This document shows, in pieces, positions 1 through 9,124 of a DNA stretch of 30,000 bases. Location of the stretch: the NCBI RefSeq assembly GCF_001544915.2, contig NZ_FCOE02000043.1, forward strand, positions 1-30,000, in the 5' to 3' direction. The notes under the pieces are model-generated. The model saw nothing but the letters and a program-made list of their open reading frames with translations. It did no database searches and was not told where the DNA came from. The DNA comes from Caballeronia pedi (lineage in GTDB: Bacteria > Pseudomonadota > Gammaproteobacteria > Burkholderiales > Burkholderiaceae). Both the position numbers and the translations under genes were made by a program. Positions within the stretch are counted from its first letter, which is position 1; the number at the start of each line of letters is the position of its first letter.

Positions 1-239
1 ATGTTCAGCACCGTCGCATCGATGTTTTCCGCGAGGCCTTCGGCGAGTTGGGGCGCATCGGCGAGCAGCACTTTGCTGACGCCCGCGATCTTCGCTGCCG
101 CATCCGCCGCGCCTTGCGCGTTCGAACCTGCAACCAGCACATGCACATCGCCGCCGATCTTCGCGGCCGCTGCCACCGTGTTCAGCGTCGATGCCTTGAT
201 CGACGCGTTGTCGTGTTCCGCAATTACCAGAATCGTCAT
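1..239 (-). CDS. etfA: Electron transfer flavoprotein alpha subunit, N-terminal fragment (gene runs off the left edge of the window)
   Basis: Minus-strand ATG at 237-239 with a GGAGA RBS (complement of 244-248). My translation reads MTILVIAEHDNASIKASTLN, a typical EtfA N-terminus. It lies 22 nt downstream of etfB. It is absent from the ORF track because no stop codon falls inside the window. Confidence 0.85.
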   Translation of the reverse strand, partial: MTILVIAEHDNASIKASTLNTVAAAAKIGGDVHVLVAGSNAQGAADAAAKIAGVSKVLLADAPQLAEGLAENIDATVLN

Positions 240-261
240 GTTGTCTCCGCGTGTGTGGCGA

Positions 262-1011
262 TCAAAGCACCTTGGCTTCGGTCTTGAGCTTCTCGACCAG
301 CGTCTTCACGTCCGGCACCGTGATGCCCGCGCTGCGCTTAGGCGGCTCGACCACTTTCAGCGTCTTCAGACGCGGCGCGACATCGACACCCAGATCGGCG
401 GGCTTCACCGTCGTCAAAGGCTTCTTCTTCGCCTTCATGATGTTCGGCAGCGTCACATAGCGCGGCTCGTTCAGGCGCAGGTCCGTCGTCACGACTGCGG
501 GCAGCTTCAGCGACAGCGTTTCCGCTCCGCCGTCGACTTCACGCGAAACGGTTGCCTTGCCATCCGCGACCACGACCTTCGATGCGAACGTCGCTTGCGG
601 CAAGCCCGCCAGCGCCGCGAGCATCTGACCGGTCTGATTCGAATCGTCGTCGATGGCTTGCTTGCCGAGGATGACCAGTTCCGGCTTCTCCTGATCGACG
701 AGCGCCTTCAGGATCTTCGCCACCGCCAGCGGCTGCAGTTCATCGGCGGATTCGACGAGAATCGCGCGATCCGCGCCGATGGCCAGCGCCGTGCGCAACG
801 TCTCCTGACACTGCGTCACGCCGCACGATACGGCGATCACTTCCGTCGCAACACCTGCTTCCCTCAGACGCACCGCCTCTTCCACGGCGATTTCGTCGAA
901 CGGGTTCATCGACATCTTCACGTTGGCGATATCGACACCCGTGTTATCCGATTTCACTCGGACCTTCACGTTGTAATCCACCACTCTTTTCACCGGCACC
1001 AGAATTTTCAT
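262..1011 (-). CDS. etfB: Electron transfer flavoprotein beta subunit
   Basis: ORF 262..1038. The conserved EtfB N-terminus [19 protein letters not shown] begins at the internal ATG at 1009-1011, preceded by a GAGGGAAGG RBS. The product is 249 aa, the canonical length. Confidence 0.9.
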   Translation of the reverse strand: MKILVPVKRVVDYNVKVRVKSDNTGVDIANVKMSMNPFDEIAVEEAVRLREAGVATEVIAVSCGVTQCQETLRTALAIGADRAILVESADELQPLAVAKILKALVDQEKPELVILGKQAIDDDSNQTGQMLAALAGLPQATFASKVVVADGKATVSREVDGGAETLSLKLPAVVTTDLRLNEPRYVTLPNIMKAKKKPLTTVKPADLGVDVAPRLKTLKVVEPPKRSAGITVPDVKTLVEKLKTEAKVL

Positions 1012-1041
1012 GACCCAACCTTCCCTCGACGAAATCAATAC

Positions 1042-2001
1042 TCACTTGATGATCAACACCTTCGAACGATCGAACGCCACCGTGACAGCGACGATCAGAA
1101 TCAGCCCGAACACGATCTGCTGCGCGAACACGCTGATGCCGACGAAGGTCATCCCCACGCGCGCCACCGACACCAGCAGCGCACCGACCAGCGTCCGGCC
1201 GATGCCACCCGCGCCGCCCGTCAGCGCCGTGCCGCCGACGATCACGGCCGCAATGGCTGGCAAAAGGAATTGATCGGCGAGCGTGGGCGAACCGCTTCCC
1301 AGCCGCCCCGCCATCACCACGCCCGCGAGCCCGGCAAAGAACGACGACGTGCCGAACACGAGGCACTTCGTGACCGACACGCGCACGCCCGATGCGATCG
1401 CCGCCGGCTCGCCCGCGCCGATCGCATCGGTACGCCGGCCGAACACCGTCGAGCGATGCAGGAACACGCAGAACAGAAACACCGCAACGCCGAGCAGGAT
1501 TTCATGCGGTACGCCGAACGAGGTGCCCGTCGTCCAGCCGAGCGACGCATTGCGCATCTCGTCGCTGATGCCGATGGAGCGCGTGCCGGACAGCGTCAGC
1601 GCCGCCGCCGATGCAATTCCGCCGACCGCGAGCGTCGCGATGAACGAGGGAATGCGCAACACGGTCTGGATCACGCCGCTCAACAGCCCGATGCCGAACG
1701 ATGCCGCAAGCGCAACGACCGCCGCCATCGCGCCATAGCGCGGCAGCAACATCGCGACGATCACGCTCGACAGCGACGCCACCGCCTGCAACGAAAGATC
1801 GATGCTGCCGAGCAGAACGACGAAGGTCGTGCCCGCCGCCATGATGAACAGGGTCGAGCTATCGGCGAGCAGGCCGAGTTGCGTCGATGGCGCGAAAAAG
1901 CCCGGCTGCGCGATCTCGATCAGGACATAGAGCACGATGAGTGCGAGAAACGGCGCGTTGTCGCGCAACTTTGCCGCGAGGGGTGCGTTCAGTTGTGGCA
2001 T
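1042..2001 (-). CDS. Sugar ABC transporter permease (RbsC/AraH-type, CUT2 family)
   Basis: ORF 1042..2088, a polytopic hydrophobic protein typical of ribose/xylose-type permeases. I chose the start at MPQLNAPLAAKL (ATG at 1999-2001), 7 nt after the ATPase stop. The upstream 29 aa of the ORF overlap the ATPase gene. Confidence 0.85.
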   Translation of the reverse strand: MPQLNAPLAAKLRDNAPFLALIVLYVLIEIAQPGFFAPSTQLGLLADSSTLFIMAAGTTFVVLLGSIDLSLQAVASLSSVIVAMLLPRYGAMAAVVALAASFGIGLLSGVIQTVLRIPSFIATLAVGGIASAAALTLSGTRSIGISDEMRNASLGWTTGTSFGVPHEILLGVAVFLFCVFLHRSTVFGRRTDAIGAGEPAAIASGVRVSVTKCLVFGTSSFFAGLAGVVMAGRLGSGSPTLADQFLLPAIAAVIVGGTALTGGAGGIGRTLVGALLVSVARVGMTFVGISVFAQQIVFGLILIVAVTVAFDRSKVLIIK

Positions 2002-2008
2002 GTTGACC

Positions 2009-3508
2009 TCAGACCATGTGTTCGACGATTTCGACCTGCGAAGGCTTATGGCCGACTTCGCACGGCAGGATCTTTTCGGCGCGGCCATCGCGCATCACCA
2101 TCACGCGATGACTGAGGCCGAGAATCTCTTCCAGCGTGTCGCCGGTCAGCACCACCGCCACGCCTTCCGCCGTCAGTTCGCGGATGAGTTGATAGACCTC
2201 TTCTTTCGCGCCGACATCGAGTCCGCGCGTCGGATGATCGAGCACGAGAATCCGGCTGCCCGCGAAGCGCCATTTCGCCAGCACCACCTTCTGCTGATTG
2301 CCGCCCGAGAGATTGCGGCAGGAAGCATCGGCGCCCGGTGTCTTGATGTGCAGGCGTTCAATCCACTCGTTGGCGAACGCGCGCTCGCTCGCCTTCTTCA
2401 CGATGCCGCCACGGCTGACCGCGCCAAGACGCGGCAGCGTGAGGTTCTGCGCGACGCTCATCTGCGTGACGAGACCTTCGACCTTGCGTTCGCGCGGCAC
2501 GTAGCCGATACCCAGCGCGACGGCATGGTTCGCCTGCGGCTTCAGACGCGTGGCGCCGACCAGCACTTCGCCGCGATCGAGCTTTTCGAGTCCGGCGATG
2601 ACGCGGCACAGTTCCTCGCGCCCCGACCCGACCACGCCCGCGACGCCGAAGACTTCGCCGCAGCGGACATCGAAGGACACGTCGTCGAGCACATGACCGA
2701 GCGATGCGTGACGCACCGACAGCGCCACTTCCTCTCGACACGGCTTCTGAAGGTTTTCGCGGTAGTACTCGCCATGCAGCGAGCGGCCCACCATCAGTTC
2801 ATGCAGCTTCGTCACCGACGCCGTGCCCGACGCCATCTCCGACACGACCTTGCCATCCTTCATCACATACACGCGATCGGAGAGCGACAGCAATTCATCG
2901 AGCCGATGCGAGACGAACACGAACGAGGCGCGCGATCTCAGCTCACGCACCAGCCCGAAGAGAATCTCGATCTCGCCCGCTTCGAGCACGGAGGTCGGCT
3001 CGTCGAGCAGGATGATCGGCGTGCCGCCGGTGCGGCTCGCGAGCGACAGCGCACGCGCGAGTTCGACCATCTGCCGCTGACCGAAGGACATGTCTTCGCA
3101 GAGCGTCAGCGGATCGATGTCCAGACGCACGGTCGCCAGTTCCTTTCTCGCCGCCTGCTTGAGCTTCTTCCAGTTCATGCGGCCGAAGCTGACGAACGCC
3201 TCCTCGCGGCCGAGGAAAAGGTTCTCGGCAACGGTCAGGTTCGGCAGGATCGACTGCTCCTGATACACCATCGCGATGCCTTTGGAGGTTGCATCGCGCG
3301 GATTGCGGATCGCAAGCGGCTTGCCGTTGAGCGTGATATCGCCCGCATCCTGGCGATACGCACCCGTCAGCAGCTTCATCAACGTGGACTTGCCCGCACC
3401 GTTCTCGCCGATCAGGCCGACGATCTCATTGGGCCGCACGTCGATCGATACGTCGTCCAGCGCGAGCACGCCTGGAAAGCGCTTGGTGACATTCCTGAGT
3501 GACAGCAT
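2009..3508 (-). CDS. Sugar ABC transporter ATP-binding protein with duplicated ATPase domains (RbsA/MglA-like)
   Basis: 499 aa. Walker A GENGAGKST in the N-terminal half, signature LSGGNQQKV in the C-terminal half, and the two-domain architecture typical of CUT2 importers. GAGGAG RBS upstream of the ATG at 3506-3508. Confidence 0.9.
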   Translation of the reverse strand: MLSLRNVTKRFPGVLALDDVSIDVRPNEIVGLIGENGAGKSTLMKLLTGAYRQDAGDITLNGKPLAIRNPRDATSKGIAMVYQEQSILPNLTVAENLFLGREEAFVSFGRMNWKKLKQAARKELATVRLDIDPLTLCEDMSFGQRQMVELARALSLASRTGGTPIILLDEPTSVLEAGEIEILFGLVRELRSRASFVFVSHRLDELLSLSDRVYVMKDGKVVSEMASGTASVTKLHELMVGRSLHGEYYRENLQKPCREEVALSVRHASLGHVLDDVSFDVRCGEVFGVAGVVGSGREELCRVIAGLEKLDRGEVLVGATRLKPQANHAVALGIGYVPRERKVEGLVTQMSVAQNLTLPRLGAVSRGGIVKKASERAFANEWIERLHIKTPGADASCRNLSGGNQQKVVLAKWRFAGSRILVLDHPTRGLDVGAKEEVYQLIRELTAEGVAVVLTGDTLEEILGLSHRVMVMRDGRAEKILPCEVGHKPSQVEIVEHMV

Positions 3509-3524
3509 GTTGATCTCCTCACGC

Positions 3525-4544
3525 TTACTTGACGATGCGGCGGCGCGAGCGATTCAGCGCGAGCGTCACCGCCGCGATGATCAGCACGCCCTGAATGCCC
3601 TGCTGCACATACGGCGGAACGCCGAGCAGCACCATGCCGTTGCCGAGCACGATGACGATGAGCGTGCCGATCAGCGTGTTCATCGGGCTGCCGTTGCCGC
3701 CCGCGAGCGACGTTCCGCCGACCACGATCGCGGTGATGGCGACGAACAACTGCCCATCGGCGATGCGCGCGTGGCCCTGTCCGTATTGCGCCACCGCGAG
3801 AATGCCCGCGACGCCATAGAACGCACCGGCCAGCGCGAACACCGCGATACGCACGCGCGACACGCGCACGCCGCTCAGACGCGCGAGGTCCTCGCCGCCG
3901 CCGATTGCGAGCGTATGGCGGCCGAGCAGCGTGTGTTGATAAACAAACCACGCGATTCCCAGCATCAGCACCGCGATCCACACCGACAGAGGCAGGCCGA
4001 AATAGCGCGTGATCGAGATCGCGCGCAGCATCGGATCGCTGACGCGGATCGTGTTCCCGGACAGCCACGCGGTCCCGATGCCCGTCGCCACGAAGCCGAT
4101 GGACAGCGTCGTGATGAACGAGGGAATCCGCAGGAACACATGCAGCGCGCCATTGGCGAAACCCAGCAGCACGCCCGCCGCGATCGCCACGGCGAGCACC
4201 CATAACCCGTAGTGGTTGTCGTTGTACGAGTTCTCGACGAGCATCGACACCGCAATCGCCGCCACGGCGACGATGCCTTCCGCGGACAGATCGATGCTGC
4301 CGAGCTGAATCACGAACGCGGCGCCCAGTGCGATCGTCAACGGAATCGCCGCGCCTACCGCGATGCGCGACAGGTTCATCGGATCGAAGAAGTCGTGGTT
4401 CAGCGCGCCGATGCAAAGACCGAGCGCCACCAGCACCAGAACGGGTGCGAATCGTCGCAGCAAGGCGCGCGTCGATACCTTCGGAGTCCCGGTTGTTGTT
4501 ATGCGTACGGCCTGCCGGGTGGGCGCTACGGTCAGCTTGTTCAT
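3525..4544 (-). CDS. Sugar ABC transporter permease (second, non-identical RbsC-type subunit)
   Basis: 339-aa polytopic membrane protein paralogous to the 1042..2001 product. Its ATG overlaps the stop of the binding-protein gene (ATGA at 4541-4544). Confidence 0.85.
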   Translation of the reverse strand: MNKLTVAPTRQAVRITTTGTPKVSTRALLRRFAPVLVLVALGLCIGALNHDFFDPMNLSRIAVGAAIPLTIALGAAFVIQLGSIDLSAEGIVAVAAIAVSMLVENSYNDNHYGLWVLAVAIAAGVLLGFANGALHVFLRIPSFITTLSIGFVATGIGTAWLSGNTIRVSDPMLRAISITRYFGLPLSVWIAVLMLGIAWFVYQHTLLGRHTLAIGGGEDLARLSGVRVSRVRIAVFALAGAFYGVAGILAVAQYGQGHARIADGQLFVAITAIVVGGTSLAGGNGSPMNTLIGTLIVIVLGNGMVLLGVPPYVQQGIQGVLIIAAVTLALNRSRRRIVK

Positions 4545-5620
4545 CGATACACCACCGGACCCGAAACGCGGGCATAGAGGTTGTTCCAGTCACCGCCGGG
4601 TGCGGCGGCACGCTTGATCACGTCCTGCACGTTCGCCTTGGTCACGAACGTGGCCTTGCAATAGGATTCGCGCCGATCCTTCGGCAGGGCCGCCACGTCG
4701 ATCTTCTTGTCCTTCGCTTGCAGGCCCATCGACAGGCCGATGCCGCCGAGCCAGTACGGGTCCCAGTCGACCGATGCGATCAGCTCGCCCGCCTTGATCG
4801 CAGCGAGCCCGGGCGGCGTGCCGTCCATGCCTGTCACCGGCATCTGGCCGGCCAGCCCTTCCGCGCGCAACGCCTCGATCGCGCCGAGCGCCATGTCGTC
4901 GTTCGCGGCCCATACGCCCTTGATCTTCGCGTTGAAGCGCGTCATCCAGGCCTGCATGATCGGGAACGCCTTCTGCGAGTTCCAGTCGGCGACCTGGAAG
5001 TCGAGCAACTGGATGTCGGGAAACTTCTTGAGCGCGGCATCGAGACCCGCCTTGCGCTCGATCGCGGGGACATTGCTGAAGATGCCGCCGAGCGCGACGA
5101 CGCCGCCCTTGCCACCCATCGCCTTGAAGAGTTGCGTCGCGGCTTCCTCGCCGTAGGCGACGCCATCGTAGGAAAGATGCGCAACGTAATTCGGGTTGTG
5201 GTCCCACGGATGCAGATCTTTCGGCTTGTTCCAGATCGTCGTCACGAACGCGCCCGCCTTCGAGCAGGCTTCGACGATCACGCGCGCATCGGCGGAATCG
5301 TTGGGATCGACGTTGAGCACGAGATTGCCGTTGGTTCGTTGCAGCAGCGCGCGAATATCCGCGATGCCTTTCTCGGAACTGCCTTCGGTCGTGAGCGGCA
5401 CATAAGGCAGACCCACGCTCGCGGCAAAGCTCTGCGCGCCCTTGTTGAACGCGGCGTGGTACGGATTGGTCAGCGAGCGAAACGAACAGGCCAGCGTCGT
5501 CTTGTCCGCGCCGAGCGACAGGCACGAGAGGCCGCCGCCGGCCGCCGCGAACGCCGCACCGGCGCCGAGCTTCATGAAATCCCGGCGCGAAAAGACCGCG
5601 CGTTGATCTTGATTCGACAT
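4541..5620 (-). CDS. Periplasmic sugar-binding protein (PBP type I) with a twin-arginine signal peptide
   Basis: ORF 4541..5635. I chose the start at MSNQDQ (ATG at 5618-5620), directly after an AGGAGA RBS. The N-terminus SRRDFMKLGAGAAFAAA fits the Tat consensus S/T-R-R-x-F-L-K plus an h-region. The rest resembles ribose/xylose-type binding proteins. Confidence 0.85.
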   Translation of the reverse strand: MSNQDQRAVFSRRDFMKLGAGAAFAAAGGGLSCLSLGADKTTLACSFRSLTNPYHAAFNKGAQSFAASVGLPYVPLTTEGSSEKGIADIRALLQRTNGNLVLNVDPNDSADARVIVEACSKAGAFVTTIWNKPKDLHPWDHNPNYVAHLSYDGVAYGEEAATQLFKAMGGKGGVVALGGIFSNVPAIERKAGLDAALKKFPDIQLLDFQVADWNSQKAFPIMQAWMTRFNAKIKGVWAANDDMALGAIEALRAEGLAGQMPVTGMDGTPPGLAAIKAGELIASVDWDPYWLGGIGLSMGLQAKDKKIDVAALPKDRRESYCKATFVTKANVQDVIKRAAAPGGDWNNLYARVSGPVVYR

Positions 5621-5669
5621 GATGTCTCCTACCAACGAAATAAATATACGGATAGTTATTTACCGCCTG

Positions 5670-5694
5670 AAGGATCCGGTGAAGCCGGACCCTT
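5670..5694 (-). terminator. Intercistronic stem-loop between the GMC oxidoreductase and the binding-protein gene (possible attenuator or mRNA-stabilising hairpin)
   Basis: The minus-strand RNA reads AAGGGUCCGG-CUUCA-CCGGAUCCUU, a 10-bp stem with one G-U pair. It starts 8 nt after the GMC stop codon. AT-rich sequence follows, but there is no contiguous U tract. Confidence 0.3.
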
Positions 5695-5701
5695 CGGGCG
5701 C

Positions 5702-7375
5702 CTACGCCACGGTCGCGCTGGCGTCGCGCATCGAGCGGCCAGCGTGCGCCGCCAGTTGACCCGTCACCGGCATCGGCGCCGCGACCAGTCCGCGAATCAG
5801 GTCGGAGGCCTTCTCCGCGATCATCAGCGTCGGCGCATTCGTGTTGGAGCTGACGATGCGCGGCATCACCGATGAATCCGCCACCCGCAAGCCTTCGATG
5901 CCATGCACGCGCAATTGCGGATCGACCACCGACATCTCGTCGATCCCCATCTTGCAGGTGCCGACCGGGTGATAGCCCGTGCGCCCGTACTGCTTCGCGT
6001 ATTCCTCGTATTGCGCCTGCGTGCGCACCGTGCCGCCCGGAAAGTGCTCGCTCCTGATGTACTTGCTGAACGCCTTCTGGCTCATGATTTCGCGGCTCTG
6101 ACGGATGCCTTCGACCGCCACCTTGAGATCGTAAGGATCACGAATGTAGGCGGGATCGATGACCGGCGCGTCGGCGGGATCGGCGCTGTTGAGCGTCACG
6201 CTGCCGCGGCTTCTCGGGCGCAGGAAGTACGAGTTAAGCGTGCAGCCCGAACCGGAAGGCACCGGCGGCACGCCCGCTTCCACGCCGGCGCCGGGCAGGA
6301 AGTGGAACTGCAGATCAGGCGTCGGCACATCGCTGCCGGAGTACCAGAACGCGCCGCCTTCCGCGATGTTCGACGTCACCGGTCCCTTGTTGAACATTTT
6401 GTATTCGAGGCCGGCGAGCAGCATCATGTGCTTCTTCGCGTACTTGTCGAGACTGTACGGGCCGTTGAGCTCGTACACGATATCGATGTCGAAGTGATCC
6501 TGCAGATTCGCGCCGACGCCATCGAGCGCGTGCAAGGGTTTGATGCCCGCACGCTCGAGATCCGCTGCGCGCCCGATGCCCGAGAGCATCAGTATCTTCG
6601 GCGAGCCGATCGCGCCGGCCGTCACGATCACTTCGCGCTCGGCGCGCGCCACGATCACATTCGAGCGCGCGTTCTGATCGGCATATTCGACGCCCACCGC
6701 GCGCCCGTTCTCGATCACGATGCGCGCTACGAGACAGTTCGTCTTCACGGTGAGATTGCTGCGCGAGCGCGCCTGTTGCAAATAACCGACCGCCGCGCTG
6801 CAGCGCCGTCCGCCGCGTTGCGTGACCTGATACACGCCGACGCCTTCCTGCTGTGCGCCGTTGAAATCGCTGTTGTACGGCAGGCCCGCTTCCTGACCGG
6901 CGAGCACGAAAGCCTTGGTCAGTTCGTTGACGCTGATCAGATCGGACACACCGAGCGGTCCGCCAACGCCGTGATATTCGTTGCACAGGCGCTCATTGTC
7001 TTCCATGCGGCGCAGATAGGGCAGCACGCCGTCGCGAAAGCCCCAGCCAGTGCAGCCTTCGCGTTCCCAGCCGTCGTAGTCGGCGGGCTGACCGCGCGTA
7101 TAGACCATCGCGTTGATGGAACCGCCGCCGCCGAGCACACGCCCCTGCGCGAACGGAATCTCGCGCCGTTGCGTTTCCGCCGCCGCCACCGTGCGATAAC
7201 CCCAGGTCAGCGGGCCGCCGGTCATCTTGAAGAAGCCGACCGGCATATGGATGTAGGGGTCGGTATCAGCGGGACCCGCTTCGAGCAGTAGCACACGGCT
7301 GCTTGCGTCTTCGCTCAGACGCGCCGCCAGTGCACAGCCCGCCGCGCCACCGCCCACGATCACATAGTCATACAT
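5702..7375 (-). CDS. GMC-family FAD-dependent oxidoreductase (choline/alcohol dehydrogenase-like)
   Basis: ORF 5702..7597. The real start is the internal ATG at 7373-7375 (MYDYVIVGGGAAGCALAARLSED, an ADP-binding fold at the N-terminus) with a GGAGAC RBS. The C-terminal part carries GMC hallmarks: HPVGTCKMG and RVADSSVMP. Confidence 0.9.
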   Translation of the reverse strand: MYDYVIVGGGAAGCALAARLSEDASSRVLLLEAGPADTDPYIHMPVGFFKMTGGPLTWGYRTVAAAETQRREIPFAQGRVLGGGGSINAMVYTRGQPADYDGWEREGCTGWGFRDGVLPYLRRMEDNERLCNEYHGVGGPLGVSDLISVNELTKAFVLAGQEAGLPYNSDFNGAQQEGVGVYQVTQRGGRRCSAAVGYLQQARSRSNLTVKTNCLVARIVIENGRAVGVEYADQNARSNVIVARAEREVIVTAGAIGSPKILMLSGIGRAADLERAGIKPLHALDGVGANLQDHFDIDIVYELNGPYSLDKYAKKHMMLLAGLEYKMFNKGPVTSNIAEGGAFWYSGSDVPTPDLQFHFLPGAGVEAGVPPVPSGSGCTLNSYFLRPRSRGSVTLNSADPADAPVIDPAYIRDPYDLKVAVEGIRQSREIMSQKAFSKYIRSEHFPGGTVRTQAQYEEYAKQYGRTGYHPVGTCKMGIDEMSVVDPQLRVHGIEGLRVADSSVMPRIVSSNTNAPTLMIAEKASDLIRGLVAAPMPVTGQLAAHAGRSMRDASATVA

Positions 7376-7446
7376 TGCTGTCTCCGATTCCTTGTTTGCC
7401 ACGAGTCGCGCGTGGCCTTTGCGCGTCGCTCTCTCCGGAACGTGCC

Positions 7447-8955
7447 CTACGCGATCCAGCGCGGCCGCTTGCCGAGCTGGACATGTACGGACTTGATTTC
7501 CGTGTATTCCTCGACGCCATAGCGCCCCGTCTCGCGACCGATGCCCGATTGCTTGAATCCGCCGATGGGCATTTCCGGACCGCCGGTGATCGTGCAATTG
7601 ACCCAGATGCGGCCCGCCTGCACGTCGCGCAAGCTCTTGAACGCGCCTTGCAGATCGCGCGTCCAGATGCTTGCGGCGAGACCGTACGGCACGCCGTTCG
7701 CGAGTCCGATGGCTTCATCGAAGCTGTCGAAGGGCATGACCGACAGAACCGGCCCGAAAATCTCGTCCTGCGCGAGCGCGCTGCCGGGCTGCACGTTGCG
7801 AAACACCGTCGGCTGGATGAAGAAGCGTTCGCCTTCGCTCCTCGTGTCGCCGCCGCATACGAGTTGCGCGCCGTCCCGCGTGCCCGCATCGATGAAGCCG
7901 CGAATCTTGTCGAACTGACGCGCCTCGACGATCGCCCCGACATGATTGGACGCATCGAGCGGATCGCCCGTGCGCACGCGGGCGAGCACCGCGCGGATAC
8001 GCTCGACGAGTTCGGCTTCCACCGACCGGTGCACGACGAGCCGGCTACCCGACACGCAGCACTGACCCGCATTGAACGCGATGCCGAACGCGATGGCGTC
8101 GGCGGCGTCGTCGAGATCGGCATCGGCGAAGACGATCTGCGGATTCTTGCCGCCGAGTTCGAGCCCGACCTTCTTCATGTTGCCGCCCGCCGCTGCGAGC
8201 ACCGCGCGGCCCACTTGCGTCGAACCGGTGAACGAGATCATGTCGACGTCCATGTGCTCGGCGAGCGCCTGGCCGACCACCGAACCGAGACCCGTGACCA
8301 CGTTCACCACCCCATCGGGCAGACCGGCTTCGGTGAGGAGCGCGGCGAGTTTGAGTGTCGTGGTCGAGGTCAGCTCGGCAGGCTTCACGACCACCGTGCA
8401 TCCCGCGGCGAGCGCGAACGGCAGACGTTCGGAAAGAATGAAGAACGGAAAATTCCATGGCGTGACGATGCCCACGACACCCACCGGCTGCCGCAGCACC
8501 AGCCCGAGCATGTCGGGGCCGAGCGTGTCGTGCGAATCGCCATGCACCACGCGCGCAAGCCCCGCCGCGTATTCCCAGATGCCCGCGGCCGCCGTGACTT
8601 CGCCGCGCGACTGGCCGATCGGCTTGCCGCTTTCGAGCGTTTCCAGATACGCCAGCGTCTCCACGTTGTCGCGGATCAGGCGCGCCGCTTTCAGCAGGAC
8701 CGTCGCGCGCTGTTCGCCGGAAAGCCGTGACCAGCGGCCGTCGTCGAACGCGCGGCGGGCGGCGGCCACCGCTGCGTCGAGATCGCCGGCTGACGCGCGC
8801 AGCGTAGCCGTGACGCCCACGCCGTGCCCCGGACTCTTGCGCGTCACCCATTCGGCGGATGAACCCGTATGGTCTTTTCCGTCGATGAACATCGGCGTGC
8901 GCAACGGTTCGTCGGGAAGATGCAGCGAGGCTGCGAGTTTGCTCAGGTCACTCAT
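7447..8955 (-). CDS. NAD(P)-dependent aldehyde dehydrogenase
   Basis: ORF 7447..8967. ALDH hallmarks are ELGGKNP and the catalytic-Cys segment FNAGQCCVSGSR. I chose the start at the second ATG (8953-8955, MSDLSKL) because a GGAGAC RBS lies 5 nt upstream of it. Confidence 0.9.
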   Translation of the reverse strand: MSDLSKLAASLHLPDEPLRTPMFIDGKDHTGSSAEWVTRKSPGHGVGVTATLRASAGDLDAAVAAARRAFDDGRWSRLSGEQRATVLLKAARLIRDNVETLAYLETLESGKPIGQSRGEVTAAAGIWEYAAGLARVVHGDSHDTLGPDMLGLVLRQPVGVVGIVTPWNFPFFILSERLPFALAAGCTVVVKPAELTSTTTLKLAALLTEAGLPDGVVNVVTGLGSVVGQALAEHMDVDMISFTGSTQVGRAVLAAAGGNMKKVGLELGGKNPQIVFADADLDDAADAIAFGIAFNAGQCCVSGSRLVVHRSVEAELVERIRAVLARVRTGDPLDASNHVGAIVEARQFDKIRGFIDAGTRDGAQLVCGGDTRSEGERFFIQPTVFRNVQPGSALAQDEIFGPVLSVMPFDSFDEAIGLANGVPYGLAASIWTRDLQGAFKSLRDVQAGRIWVNCTITGGPEMPIGGFKQSGIGRETGRYGVEEYTEIKSVHVQLGKRPRWIA

Positions 8956-9027
8956 ATCCGTCTCCATTCAACATTCTCATGGTGCGTTCGACATCCACGC
9001 CGCCCCGCGTCAACGGAACGCATTCTG

Positions 9028-9043
9028 CACCATCCGGTTACTT
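9028..9043 (+). promoter_or_regulatory. Candidate operator box A (CACCAtccGGTTACTT) in the ALDH/TetR divergent intergenic region
   Basis: 13 of 16 positions are identical to the box at 11434..11449 on the same strand. An inverted partial copy, ATGGTGC, lies at 8979-8985. Both copies are preceded by CATTCT. Confidence 0.45.
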
Positions 9044-9124
9044 CCGTACAAGCCGATTTTTGGTTTATAGTCGCTAACATCCTGATCGCCTGCCGGCATT
9101 CCAATTTTTCTTTCGACGACGCAC

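Noticed and set aside
1-2115. 704-aa plus-strand ORF spanning etfA, etfB and the first permease. Similar long antisense ORFs occur at 1937..3502, 4328..5875, 5903..7291 and 7303..8730.
   Set aside because: The products are Arg/Ala/His/Asp-rich low-complexity translations with no recognisable motifs. Each lies exactly antisense to a gene with strong family hallmarks. Such stop-free mirror frames are typical of high-GC DNA.
7376-7597. 74-aa N-terminal extension of the GMC oxidoreductase ORF, with a TTG start at 7597.
   Set aside because: The extension overlaps the 3' end of the ALDH gene and is Arg/His-rich. The FAD-binding fold begins directly at the internal ATG at 7375, which has a GGAGAC RBS.
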